Source: Octopus vulgaris
Lineage: Eukaryota
Reading direction: 5' to 3'
Assembly: GCA_951406725.2 (NCBI GenBank)
Contig: OX597826.1
Span: forward strand, 17,174,001-17,238,000
DNA: 64,000 nt
The notes under the pieces are model-generated. The model was not told the DNA's origin. It did not search any database and saw only the letters and a list, made by a program, of their open reading frames with translations. Shown piece after piece: positions 12,836 through 26,363 of this stretch; position 1 is the first letter of the stretch; the number at the start of each line of letters is the position of its first letter. A program made the translations under genes and the position numbers.

Positions 12836-13405
12836 TAGAAATAATATATTTCTAAATCTCTCAGAGAGATTTGTGCAATAGCAGCACGATAAAGTGATAG
12901 TATGTTGTCAACTTAATGTGACAGCCCAATAAAAGGGAAGAATGCTACTGTTATTTAGCCCGTTTGAATTGCCGTTTCCTGTTGGACTTGAAATATTTCC
13001 TGTCTCCTTATGATTTCAAAGTGGAGATAAGCACCTCCACCCATCAAAGCCAGTAGTCAGAGACTAGTTTCAGAGTCATAGCTCATCATCAGTCTGGAGT
13101 AACATGGCTTGCTAGCCGTCGACGCCTATCCGCCTTTAAAAACATATATATTTCAAGTGAAATACATTCACGGATTTTTTAAAATAGAAATAATATATTT
13201 CTAAATCTCTCAGAGAGATTTATGCAGTAGCAGCACGATAAAGTGATGGTATGTTTTGAACTTAACGTGACAGTCCCATAAAAGGGAAGAATGCTACTTT
13301 TAGCCCCTAAGAAACAACGTTTCCTGTTGGACTTGACGCACTTCTTGTGTCCTTAAGTTTTCAAAGTCTAGATAAGTACCTCCACCCAGCAAAGCCAGCA
13401 TCCAG
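12836..13405 (-). mobile_element. ~349-bp partial tandem repeat (about 1.6 units) containing an HHR; retrozyme/PLE-derived
   Basis: 12836-13053 and 13185-13398 are diverged direct repeats with an offset of 349. The HHR lies between them. Confidence 0.75.
13058..13096 (-). ncRNA. Minimal type I hammerhead ribozyme motif
   Basis: CAGA-CUGAUGA-U-GAG(cuauga)CUC-U-GAAAC-UA-GUC^-UCUG. Stem I CAGA/UCUG, palindromic stem III (ACUAGU), canonical GUC cleavage triplet. Confidence 0.8.
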
Positions 13406-13409
13406 CACC

Positions 13410-13825
13410 TAATAGTTTGTCTTCTGTCTACAGTTAGATGTATGATTGCTACCCTTCAGTTTAGAGCTCCACGTAGATTATCAACATCCAGTTTGCTTTC
13501 TGTGCAGTTGCTTAGTAACAACAGTACCTAGTAGTATTACTGGTTATGTGATCGAGCATTCCTTGTGGAAGAACACCTTTCATTTTAAAACCAAAGATAA
13601 TCGTTTTTCTTCTAGCACTAACTTTAATGACTGTTGAATGACTAGCTCCAAGCTTCTCTGCTAGTTCCTCAACAGCTACAATGAGATTTTGTTCCACCAG
13701 TGTTTGCAGGATGCCATCGTCGAGCTCTACAGATTTTCCAGGACGACACTTGCCTTCTAGGCTATAATTACTGGCTCAGAATTTCTGGAACCATACTTAT
13801 TGTCCGATCCCCATATACTGCATTA
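13410..13825 (-). mobile_element. Mariner transposase fragment
   Basis: AVYGDRTIS, WFQKF and VELDD.ILQTLVEQN....VEELAEKLG.SHSTV (HTH region), degraded. Confidence 0.8.
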
Positions 13826-14115
13826 ATATAGGAGAAATGTAGGAGAAATTATGACAAACAATTTATATAATCTGTTCCCTACGTACGTTTCACCGTTGTG
13901 GTTATTTGAAACATTTTGCATTTGATGTATACATGTGTGCATGCATGTATGTGTGTATATGCGTATGTTAATCATTTGTAACAAGTACAAATAAAAAGGA
14001 AACTCTTTTTGTAGTGAAAGCAGCAAGAAATACTATACTCGATGAAAAATTATCACACTGAAATCATAGAATGAAATATACAAAGACAAAATCGTAATTT
14101 TGTAGAATTATATAG

Positions 14116-14298
14116 AAGGGGGAACTGAAAAGTCTACACGCTGACGATGAAGGATTGATGCTGGAGTTGAGTGATCTTGCCTGCGTCAATTTTAGCTTTT
14201 CTTATTAATCACTGTATTGCTTCTTGCCAAAAAAACTAACATCTAGCATTTCTAAGTAGACTTCAAAAGTAACTAACTAAAGCTTCTCTTGAAAATGG
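14116..14298 (+). mobile_element. Mariner 5' TIR/UTR fragment, same family as 55979-57201
   Basis: Similar to the reverse complement of 57020-57201 (ctgaaaagt...gaagga.tgat.ct...aaaagtaact...cttctc.tgaaaatgg). Confidence 0.7.
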
Positions 14299-15575
14299 GT
14301 TCTTGTTTCTTTGTCCTCGGGATTATCCTTCCGACGGATTTCATTAGAGAGTGTCCTAGCTACAACATCATCTCTGATCGGTAAATAATACCGTGTTGAC
14401 ATTTTCGGACAATTGCTTATGATGTAGGTGATATCTTCAGTGTGGACTTCACAAAGTTGTCACATTTCCCTGCATCTCTGTCTCTTTTGTGCATCAGTTG
14501 CATGGTTGATGTGTCCTGTTCCTAGATTGCAAACCCTTCAAAGAGGGAGTGTATGAATATACATATTTACATAAGCATATCATTGCTATTATGCAAAAGT
14601 TTCGTAAATGCAAAATGTTGCTTTTTGAGAAAACTGAAGAATAGTTTCACCATTTCATAGCAAAATTCTTGATATCTTGACATCTGAAGCAGCTGGATCT
14701 ACGATAGTTTGACCAAAAGAATTGACTATCGCAAAGAAAGAGAAAAATTGAAAAACACGCATTTGGCCAAATTTGGACATGCGACAGTTTAACATAATAG
14801 CAATGATAAATATACTTAAACATACGTACGTATGTGAGTGTGTTTGTGTGTGGGGATCATGCATTTATTTTTCGTTATAGTATTTTCAGTGCCTGTATGC
14901 TTGGGCATATGTATATATCTGTGATTAAATTGGCAAAATGTATACTGTGCATTCCCATGTGTTTGGTAGTTCATAATCAGTGGTATAAGTGCTTATATAA
15001 ATTACTGTCGTTTCATAAACATTTATTTACGTTAGGGACGTCTATATTGAAAGAAAAACAGGAAATCATTCATATGCAACTAGGAAAGATCTTAAATTTT
15101 TATCGATTGCATTTTTTTTACTATTAATCGAAATTGCACATCTTGAGAGTATGAACTATTGATTTTGCTTAAAATTTTAAAATTATTTTACTAGTATTTT
15201 CTTGATATTTATTACGTTTCAACTTTATTTTAAACTTTTTTATTGCTTTGTCTTATTTTGTATGGAATTCATTTAGAATCATTGGGGAAAAACCTATGAC
15301 ACAGTTTTTGAAAGTGTTATTAGTATTTTTCATAGAAAATTGTATATCTATTTTTATAAACGTCATCGTAGTAGCAAAAACATTTAAAAAGAAGCTTTAG
15401 ATCATATGTATCTAAGATCAAACTTGTAACAGTTTACAAATAAATACTTTACCTACTCAGCAGATATATATGTGTGTATGCGCGCGCGCGTGTATACATG
15501 GAAATACGAGTGCAGATATACACACGCATACATACATATATATATATATGTTTGTACATATATATATATATATAC

Positions 15576-15698
15576 ATCACCGTGATCACCGTGACCGACC
15601 AGGGTATCAGCTGTTGCTACACATCGCTGGTCACAATGCGCTTTGCATTGTTTTTAGCCTTCAAGTGACGCCACCCCGCTGGCTAACCGAGCAGGCCA

Positions 15699-15699
<1 letters not shown>
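15576..15699 (-). mobile_element. 3' fragment of tRNA-SINE family B in (TA)n
   Basis: Nearly identical to 61457-61580. Confidence 0.85.
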
Positions 15700-15789
<90 letters not shown>

Positions 15790-15959
15790 TGTATGTATGT
15801 ATGTATGTATTTAATCCTATTCAAACAAGAAGAGTTCACAATTAAAACCAACTTCACTTGTGCTTCCGAGAATCTAATTTATATTATAACTTGTTCAGGC
15901 TGGGGACGTAACACTATAGTTAACTATAGGGTTAGCAAATTGCCATAGTCTGATGATAA

Positions 15960-16640
15960 AGGACAGTATCGGAATTGTGGCTAAGAAAAGCTAGATTTGC
16001 TTTCCTGGTGTTTATAAAGGAGACCTGAAGGACAGAAACAGCGCCTGACCTGAAGATATAAGTAGTTGTTTTCAGAGTACGGACGACTGGTTGGCCACTT
16101 ACCTATCACTAGGTGGATCCAAACTGCATGAAATTATATAAGGGGGAGAGCAACTGGAGTGAGATTAGGAGAGGAGTTTGGAAAGTCAACAGTTGCGATG
16201 ATGAAGATTATTGCGGAAAGGAAATTGTTATTTATTTCAAATCGAGAAGGGCATTTTATAGTGTGATAGTAGTAGAATAGTTTCGAGAGTTGTCCTAGAA
16301 ATAGGTATTGCTGAGGTGGAAGATGCAGCTTGGTTTAGGAAGAATGATGATAACAATCATATCAATGTAAACAAACTGGCTGGTGTGCTGAAGAGCGTAA
16401 CTTTAACAAGAAGGTTGCGCGATATGTATGTTCGGACTGATTCACCATCAGTGATGAAGTGTGTTTGATCAATAATTTATAATAAGAGGATTCGAACAAC
16501 GAGAGTTGCAGATATGATTGCGAAGTGACACCTTGGAATCATAGAAAAGTTGATCGACTTAATTCGACCTGAGGCTGCGAGTAGTCTTTTTGTCCTTAGA
16601 GAAAAATAGTAAAGTGAATGCTCTTATGTGGGTAAGAAAA
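15960..16640 (+). mobile_element. Gypsy LTR-retrotransposon RT/RNase H fragment (decayed)
   Basis: Peptides LF..YGRLVGHLPI..W, EDAAW.RK.DD.NHINV.KL.GVLKSV, VRTDS..V and N.V.AL..V, a typical Ty3/Gypsy RNase H pattern with stops. Confidence 0.8.
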
Positions 16641-16644
16641 ATCT

Positions 16645-16772
16645 TTATTCTTTTATTCTCTCATTTGTTTCAATCATTTGACTACGGCCATGCTGGATCA
16701 CCACCGCTAGTCGAACAAATGGACCCCAGGGCTCATTCTTTGTAAGCCTAGTACTGATTTTATCGGTCTCTA
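16645..16772 (-). mobile_element. 3' fragment of SINE family A
   Basis: tgtttcaatcatttgactacggccatgctgga...tttgtaagcctagtact matches the tail of 26825-27225. Confidence 0.8.
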
Positions 16773-17207
16773 TTATACTGAATGGGGGCGAAATAATATT
16801 TTACCCAGTACAGTTACCCAATTGAAGCACAATCTGTACAGTCACTGCATTGACCACACCAGACTAAATGAGCCTTTAAGTGCCAAAGATGTCTTCATCT
16901 TCTCTCCGATTACTATGATAAAAGAGGCAATTCGTACGGGACGACTAATTCATTTATCTTTGTATGAGAATAACTTTTAAATTGAATAAGTAAAGTATCC
17001 ACTTGCGATCTTCAGATATAGTTACTGCACATCTCTTGTGATTTTAATTATGTTGAGTTTTTAATGTCGTTATTCTATTTTGTTTTATGCTTTTTTTAAT
17101 AAGTATGAATTTTATAGCTTACATACGCGCAGATTGCGTCGTTTGCTTAAACCAACGGCAAAAAAAAAACAATATTTACAGTAACAAATAATGATAAAGG
17201 TTCTCAC

Positions 17208-17450
17208 CGTTTGTATTGGTAACGCTAATGTAGAGTTAGATTCGACTTTTGTTAAGTTCTCATTTGTTGAATCCATTAATTCCATCGATAAAAGAAAAGC
17301 ATCGTGAAGTATTGCATCAGCTAAGGTCAGGTTTTTATCGGTTAACATAGTTTCTGTACATTGGGACGAATTTTGGTCTACCATGAGCTGAAGCAATGTT
17401 ACATTAGGATGCGCCGGAATTAGATCATCCAAATCTACTTCCTCCAGTCC
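17208..17450 (-). CDS. 243-nt coding exon of the iGluR-like gene
   Basis: Acceptor gttttcatttacttttctag| and donor ACG|gtgaga. Phase 0/0. Encodes GLEEVDLDDLIPAHPNVTLLQLMVDQNSSQCTETMLTDKNLTLADAILHDAFLL...LPIQT, matching the ATD 'DL..f.....NvT.f.l' and 'A+++DAv' motifs. Several N-glycosylation sequons fit an extracellular domain. Confidence 0.85.
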
Positions 17451-18029
17451 CTAGAAAAGTAAATGAAAACAATTACAAAAGGTGATGCAAATGATAAATT
17501 TAGTGTAATCAATAATTCTGAACTGAATATTTAATAATCAGTTATTGGTTTTCATTTTCGATGCTGTATGAATGTGTTCTGAAGTTGTGTAGATAATATT
17601 GATGCACATTACTTCGAATTTTATGATATGAAGATACAATAACTTATGTTTTAAGATTTCTCTGTGGTTTACAAGTACGGGTTTCAATGTTTCGTCACAA
17701 TTCACTAGAAATGAGTACTAGATTGGGTCTCTAAATAGATATAGAAATAAATTGCTTTCAAATCTTAACTTTATGAGAGGGAAGGATTAATTATATATTG
17801 TTCTTTCGACCGCTTGGATTGCTTAGCCATGGCTAAAATGCTTTTAGACATAGGTCTGTCTACTTGATTAGGAGCGATCTGAGGCTATACAAGTAGGTAT
17901 GACCTAAATTTTTACCAATTGAAATGCAAGTTTTAGTGACGGAGGACAGAATCAGTTGATTATTACAATTTAGATTATTACAATGTGTGTTATTTGGGGA
18001 CACGAAATTATCTGTACATTGCACTCTTC

Positions 18030-18330
18030 AAACCAATTAAAAGGTTTCAAGAGGGAAATATAGCGATGTATTGCAGATAAAAAGCTAACTCAAGAAATCA
18101 GAAGACATGCATTTGTGCAGTCTCCAAACAATATCAGGTGCGGGAGTGGACTATCAGAACTGTGGTGCACAAGGACATTCAATACATATTCTATTTAAGG
18201 AAGAGAGGCCAATTCAGATTTTCAAGGGCACAGCAAAACCATGCTAAGCAGATACGTAACAAGATTAGAAACCCTCACGAAATGACATGCTTTGGTTCTT
18301 TTCTGCAAAAGACTTCGACCAAGACCAAAT
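18030..18330 (+). mobile_element. Tc1/mariner (maT/DD37D-like) transposase fragment
   Basis: EWTIRTVVHKDIQY..Y.RKRGQF...HAKQ..NKIRNP, recalled as a maT-type N-terminal segment. Confidence 0.65.
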
Positions 18331-18494
18331 AGGTATTTCTTCTGTCGCTACGTTCTGGGTTCAAATTTCGCCGAGATCGGCTTTGCCTTTCATCTTTTCA
18401 GGGTTGATAAATTAAATACCAGTGAAACACTGGAGTCGGTGTAATTAACTGGTCCCCTCCCGCCCAAATTTGAGGCTTTATACCTCCAGTAGAA

Positions 18495-18550
<56 letters not shown>

Positions 18551-18627
18551 TACTACTACTACTACTACTATCATTATTGTTATTATCATCATCATCATCA
18601 TCATCATTATTGTTATTATTATTATTA

Positions 18628-18684
<57 letters not shown>

Positions 18685-18835
18685 TCTGAGTTCAAATTCC
18701 GCCGAGGTCGACTTTACCTTTCGTCCTTTCGCGGTCGATAAAACAAGTACCAGTCGGATACTGACGCCGATGTGATTGATTATTTGGCCCCTCCCCTGAA
18801 CTTGCTGACCTTGTGCCAAAATTTGAAATCATTAT
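18331..18835 (+). mobile_element. Two tandem copies of SINE family C separated by (AAT/ACT/CAT)n
   Basis: Both have gttcaaatt.cgccgag.tcg.cttt.cctttc.tc.tttc..ggt.gataaa (Nin/Deu-domain-like core) and end in ATT repeats. Confidence 0.85.
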
Positions 18836-19164
18836 TATTCATTTTGTTCATCATGCACAAGTGCGCGTGTGCTCATCGTTATTATACTTATTCAAGTTTA
18901 GAAAAACTGAAGCATGTTTTTAACAAGTCCCGAGCATATTGAACTAATCTAGGCATTTTATCTAGTTGTTTTAAGAGGTGTTTCTTTATATCGTATACGA
19001 CAGGAAAATATTTTAAACATATGGGATAACTATACTGATATAAGGCATACACGGAGGCATACATGCTGATATAAGGCATACACGGAGAATGGGTTGAGGT
19101 TGATTCCTTTGGGATAACAATGTATTTGTATAATGCATTTGTATAAGAAATAATTAGTACTTAC

Positions 19165-19218
19165 CATGTTGACTACTAACCAGTTATATGGATACGACAT
19201 CATACTTAGTAATAGAGC
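19165..19218 (-). CDS. 54-nt coding exon of the iGluR-like gene
   Basis: Acceptor ttttccaactcatttcag| and donor ATG|gtaagt. Phase 0/0. Encodes ALLLSMMSYPYNWLVVNM, matching the ATD 'QA..lGM....Y.W/Y....L' motif. Confidence 0.85.
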
Positions 19219-19991
19219 CTGAAATGAGTTGGAAAACAAAATAAACTCTCAGTAATACAGCAAAACGAACAACTAGCAATAATATTTGCGTTAAAAATAT
19301 TTTCACATTCAAAAACGTATCCATGTTTTATGACAAAGTAATGTAGAGACGGCATATTGCATGTTTTATGTAGTTTTACATTTAAAAATACTACCTAAAA
19401 TTTTATAGAATGTCTAAATAGCAACTGCAGCATTTATACCTTTCCAGGTAATATTTTCCCTTGATAAAATTATATATTTAATGTGTACATTAACTAATTC
19501 ATATAAAATATTAAGTAATTTGTAATTTTAGGAAAAATCTTTTGTCGTTTTACCGAAACTGAATCTTCCATGCGGGTTATAATAAATATATAGTGAAATT
19601 TAAAAATTGGCGTAAGATACGTATTTAGAGAAAATATTACGGCGAAATAACCTCTTACAATAGCTTGTTAGATTTCCACTATAGATTTACATGAACGTGA
19701 TAGTTAGGCGTTGTCTTTTCTAGTCTACAGGGGAGATATGAATCCATCGAAATAAATTTGTCGATAGTTACATAACATCTTTCATTAATACCTTTCGGTA
19801 TTTATGATCGAATAAATGAAATTGTCCTTTGAAAATTAAATATTGTTAAAGACCCAGAGTAATGAAAAACACTTGACTTCTCATCGACTCAGTGAATATG
19901 AGGGTTATGCGGAAAGATATATAACAAATTTCTAACATAAATTTCGCAAAGAGTGTTGTGGTGAAATTAGGAATAACAGTGTGTTCTTTAC

Positions 19992-20173
19992 CTGTCTAAG
20001 TATTCGTGTAACAGTGACAGAGTCACAGATGACAATATATTGATTAAAGAATTGAGAACGAGTTGTCTTCAGGTAGCGTATTATCTCAGGTATACTACGT
20101 TTGTCTGACGTGATTTTGGCAGCCTTTACATCCAGCTGGTAAATATGAATAAGTTTCTCAACCAAAAGAAAGC
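19992..20173 (-). CDS. Coding exon of an ionotropic glutamate receptor-like gene (amino-terminal domain)
   Basis: Acceptor ttcttttacttgtag| and donor CAG|gtaaag. 182 nt, phase 1 to 0. Encodes (G)FLLVEKLIHIYQLDVKAAKITSDKRSIPEIIRYLKTTRSQFFNQYIVICDSVTVTRILRQ, resembling the iGluR ATD 'GL..LQ.L...LK..R.....IIVDC......ILxQA' segment. Joins in frame to the next exon. Confidence 0.85.
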
Positions 20174-22899
20174 CTACAAGTAAAAGAAGATCAATAATGA
20201 TAATGAACATTATTCAGTGTAATTAAATACAATTATAATTTAATTGAACACAACAATTTTGTTGTGATCATAAAAACTTACCACAATGAGCAGTAACTGA
20301 CATTTATAAAGTTGTAATGTATGATAAAACGCAAATGAGCATTCAAAATTCATTAGTGTAATGAAACAAAGGTTGTTAACTACATACAAGGTTAACTTCG
20401 TGCGGCTTTTCATTTAAATTACCAGAATTATTTGTTATTTGCAGAAATATAAGAGGTGGATCAGATTATGGGAGAGTTTCATTGTAGTTATTCGACTGAC
20501 TGACGGGGTTGCTAAATTTCATATCCTAAATACTGAGGACAATATTCGACTATAAAGATGAGATAGCCATATGTATCGTATTAGTTTGAGTTGAAACATA
20601 CATGACAGAACGTGCAACGGGGTTTCATAACAAAATCAATTAAAGCATCACCGAATTATTTCAACAGTTTACAAACATATCCTTGCCGACCATACTACCT
20701 GAAGTCCTCTCGGGCTGCTACATAACACTAAGCAGTGAGTCACCCTAATTTAAATGAATTCTTAATCCAACATCACAAAGAGTTGTAAGATTTAACCAAA
20801 CAAAATGTTTTCCTAAAACTAAAAGCAAAAAATAAACGGGTGAGTCGTTCGCAAACGAGGCTTCTTTCTTGCCGAATTGCGAAATTTAGCTAACTTACAT
20901 ATGTATCACTTGCGGCCATCCATATATAATATCTTCACAGCTGAACACTCAGTTGCTATAACCGTAAGATTCACACGAAAGTCATTCTGAACATCAAACA
21001 ATAATTTAGAATTTATTTAACATCAGTAGTTTAAAGTTAGTTGTTTTATCGTGTAAATATCCGAAAAACATTCATTAGTCTACGAAGTGACGAGATTGTT
21101 TTTTTTTCTATCACTCAACTTTTCTATTTGTGAAAACATTATTGAATCAGGCGCATAACAGAATAACAGAACTTAACTAAATAAATTTCCTATAAAATAT
21201 ATTTTGTCCTGTTTTTAGTTGTTATTTTTACAGTGTAGTTTTTGCGATAGAAAAACTTTTTTGTTTAAAGGCTAAGGAAATAAATCGATTCAGACAGGTG
21301 GCATTTCATGCAAATGACAGTCTACGTTCCTGAAATAAAGAACAAATACAAATCTGTCTAGATCAGGGTTATATTATAATTATCTACAGGTGAGTCGAAG
21401 TTGAAACAAACATTAGTAGGATTCGGTAAATAGTATACATCAACGGAGTTAATTATACCAGATTCTGATTTCAAATAACATCAAAACAACTTAAATTATC
21501 AAATTTTCTACTCTGATGCACAATGTCAAGAATTGCAGAGTATCATTCACTGAATAGTTTATAAACATGGTTATTGAAGAATTATAGACTTGTAGGTGAG
21601 AAAACGACCATAGTTTAATCGTCTCCGAATGGTATATGCGAGAATTTATGCTGGTGTATGAGCTCAGAACTGTGAGTGTGCTGGAGTTTGTGTAAGTTTA
21701 TGGTAACTAATAACTCTCTGAAATCAGCATACCCAGGAAAAGCTGAAGCATTCAGTTTGTAACGAAAGAGCTTGCTGAAGGCACGGCAAGATGCCTTGAC
21801 GCCACGTACCAGCTATCCGGTTACAGCAACCAACGTTGTAGAGCAACAAGACCGCACGGCAAAAAATAGGGATCTGTAACATCTGGTACAAGACTGGCTG
21901 AACAGAGGACCAAGTCATGTGTTTACTCACACGATTACAATGACTTCGTAACGCAGCAAAACTCCAGGAACAACCTATGTCGAAGCTTGTCTAATCCAGA
22001 AAAGCAGAGACACATTAATTTAACATAAATTTTTTATTAATGTTTTCAATTACATATTTCTAAGATCCTGAACGATAAAAAATAACAAATATAAACATCA
22101 GATAATTGGAAACACTTCAAAAGAACTTTGAAACTTGTACAGCTTAATAAAACTAAAATGACGACAGTTTCTAGATGGTCGCTTATCCAATCAAATCTCT
22201 CATAACCTTAATCTACTGTTCTGAAAAATACATGACACACAAGTTAATATAGATTTGGATACGCTCTTTAAATATAGCTGGAATGTCTTTGATTATACGT
22301 CTGCCCATCATTGCCGACTTAGGGATACAAAACAACATCAGCTGGATTTATTTATTCGGTCTAAGTGCCTATGAAGCAGTTATGGACTACATAATTTTAC
22401 CTTTCTATTCCTCTACTCGTCTCCTATAGGCAAGGTTTTTCCCTTTAATTATATGCTCGGTAGCAGTTGAAGGAGATTACGAAAAGCCTTTTTTTCTTTC
22501 ATTTTCATCTTATGGTTTTCTTTCTTCCTATTATTATATTCACAGTTGTCCATGTGAGGGAAGGTCATTGGTTTTCTGAACCATTTTGTTTTATCATGAT
22601 CTTATCTTGCATATATCTAGCTACTTCTTGTTTACCGGTTTGGGGTTCATCTATTTGTTTTGTATTTTCTAATGTTGCTTTATTAGAAATCAGATATGTT
22701 GGTAAAAAAAAATCTGTAGCACTAATCCCAAATGAAATCAATACAGAAGCATCAGCTTATTGGTTGTTGCAACTAAAAGCTAAGACAAAATCCTACTTCT
22801 ATGAATACGCATCTAGATATATCTAATGCAAAGAATTATTCAATATGTTTTTCGACCAGAAATATCAACATCATAGCAGATTCTTGCGACAGGAAGGTT

Positions 22900-24090
22900 T
22901 ACTGAAAGCAGCAAATATTAGAACCTAAAAACCATTATATCAGTTGTAGAGTTTAACAAAACTCTTTTCAATCTACCAAGTCTATTGATGCAAATTCTCA
23001 ACGCATCTGGTATCCTAAACACCATCAGAGGTGCAATCAACAATCTTCGCAAAGATACTGCTACTCTGACGTGATACAGATTTGATTGAGAGCCTGGCTG
23101 TAATATTATAAGGTGACACTCCACTTTTGCATCTTTCCTGTTCATTGTGACCTTGGGTAACCCAATACCAATTGCCACATTAAATGCAGAAAAAGGGTAT
23201 TCTACAGCTATTATAACTGATACAGATTATGCGGTTGACATTACTCATACTACTAATATTATGAAAGTAATTTAACTAATACGTGAAGGAGTTGAAGACG
23301 CTGCAATATAGATTGGACAAGGGTCAATTGCAACAAGACTAGCGTTATGGCTATCAATCAAACAAAAGAACATTGTATATCATAAAATTGTGCAAAATTG
23401 AAATTTGTAAATTATTTGAAATATCTGAGAGCAGGAAAGAAAACTCGCGGAGTCACAGCACAGTAAGGACTGAATAAATAATAGGAGGCAAACTTATCTA
23501 ATGACATTAAAATACAGTTTTTTAGTGCTACTGTTTAAAACGTAATAATATATGAAGCTGAATACATACTTAAAGACTCCGCCGGTTACGACGACGAGGG
23601 TCCCAGCTGATACGATCAACGGAACAGCTTGCTCGTGAAATTAACATGCAAATGGCTGAGCATTCCACAGACACGTGTACCCTTAACGTAGTTCTCGGGG
23701 ATAATCAGCGTGACACAGAGAGTGACAAGGCTGACCCTTTGAAGTACAAGTACAACTCATTTTTGCCAGCTGAGTGGACTGGAGCAACGTGAAATAAAGT
23801 GTCTTGCTCAAGGACACAACGCGTCGCCGGGAATCGAACTCACAACCTTACGATCATGAGCCGAATGCCCTAACCACTAAGCCACGCGCCCTCACTGAAT
23901 ACATACTAAAGTAATATAAAATGCACTAGATGGAAGATAAGGAAAGCAGTGAACGTTAGGAATCTTTTGACAAAGAAAGGATGAACTTGTACGTCAACTA
24001 CTATAATGGGAACCAGTACAATGTAAAAGAGGCAGCGGACGTTGCCGAAAACATGTATAATAGTTGTTGCGGAAGACAAAATATTAGGCA
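22900..24090 (+). mobile_element. Decayed RTE-group LINE RT fragment interrupted by a SINE
   Basis: Remnants of QIL.A.GI...I..AI..L.KDT, L*GDT....FLFIV, ITDTDYAVDI, KIQFF.ATV...I.Y.AE and ALDG. Continues past the SINE. Confidence 0.7.
23571..23894 (-). mobile_element. Full-length tRNA-derived SINE with 13-bp target-site duplication
   Basis: Head ggcgcgTGGCTTAGTGGttagggcattcggctcatgatcgtaaggttgtGAGTTCGATTCcc (A and B boxes). TSD ctgaatacatact at 23558-23570 and 23895-23907. Confidence 0.95.
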
Positions 24091-24272
24091 TGGAAGCATT
24101 TGGACAGAATGTTTTCTACTTTCATTAAATTTCTGCTTTAATTTATACATATTTCTACAATTAGTTGGTGTCAGTTAGGGGATTCGCATTCATGCATAAT
24201 TTCTAATACATACACATACGCGCGCATTCACGCTCATACATATATATATATATGTATGTATGTTATGTATAT

Positions 24273-24667
<395 letters not shown>

Positions 24668-25336
24668 TATTTTTCTATTGACTTATGGTTAGTGTTGTTT
24701 CACTTCTTATTAATAATACTTATTTGCAACCATAATAATTGTATTTAATTATGTATAAAGTCAATTCCACCTTCTTCATTAAAATGATAATTCATATTGG
24801 GAAATTATTTAGATACTAATAATGTTTATACAATATTTAGGTATAAAAATATTTTTGCGTGTATCTACATGTATTATAACTTTAAATTTTGTATTTTATA
24901 GAATGTTTTATGAATGCATATTAATACTGTTTTTCCATATACATACCTAATACAATTTCATATTTCCTAATCTACAATACTGGATTAGATAAATTGTATC
25001 CTACATTATAACATATTCGTTATTTACTTATATTTTTGAATTTTTAGTCAAAATCAAACTATATTTTGTAAACTCTGTCTCTATAAATATATGAATTTCC
25101 TCTCTTTTGTACCAAAACTGTCTAATAACTATATCTTGAAATCTTCATGGATCTCCGTTATCATCTTGAAAGACTGTTTTATTGATTTATGTTGATTTTG
25201 TTTCCACTGTATTGCATATTTTGTATGCAATACAATATTTACATTTAATATTGTTCATATTTTCTTCTTGATATCAATCCCTAAATTTCATAAATATTGT
25301 CTCCAATTCCTTTTATTTAGTTTTATTCTGTAATTA

Positions 25337-26048
<712 letters not shown>

Positions 26049-26050
26049 CA

Positions 26051-26363
26051 TTATTACATCTGCCTTAGCGAAATCGGAGGTATTGTTTTCAGTCGTGCTT
26101 GTTTGTTTGTATATTTGTCCGTGAGCAAGATATCTGGATGGATTCGGATGAAACTTTCAGGAATGTTTGGCTTCTGCATTATTTTTCCTGTTTTTATTTT
26201 TTACTTAATTTTTGAGAGCCGTCGGATTCATTTTTAGTATCCGCGTTTGTGAGAGCAGTCAAGTTTATTTCAGATATTCTCATTTTAAAAATCATCTCCA
26301 CCTAATCGTTGAGAGAACGTTGGTTTTGTCTTAGCGGGGGTTTGCGCTCTCTGAGTGCTCTTG

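Noticed and set aside
12836-13398. Direct repeats as LTR pair or CRISPR-like array
   Set aside because: No TG...CA ends, PBS or TSD, and no short repeat-spacer periodicity; eukaryotic context.
23820-23894. tRNA gene-like sequence (also 31733-31805 and 61695-61767)
   Set aside because: These are SINE heads continuing into SINE bodies; no proper acceptor stem or Pol III terminator.
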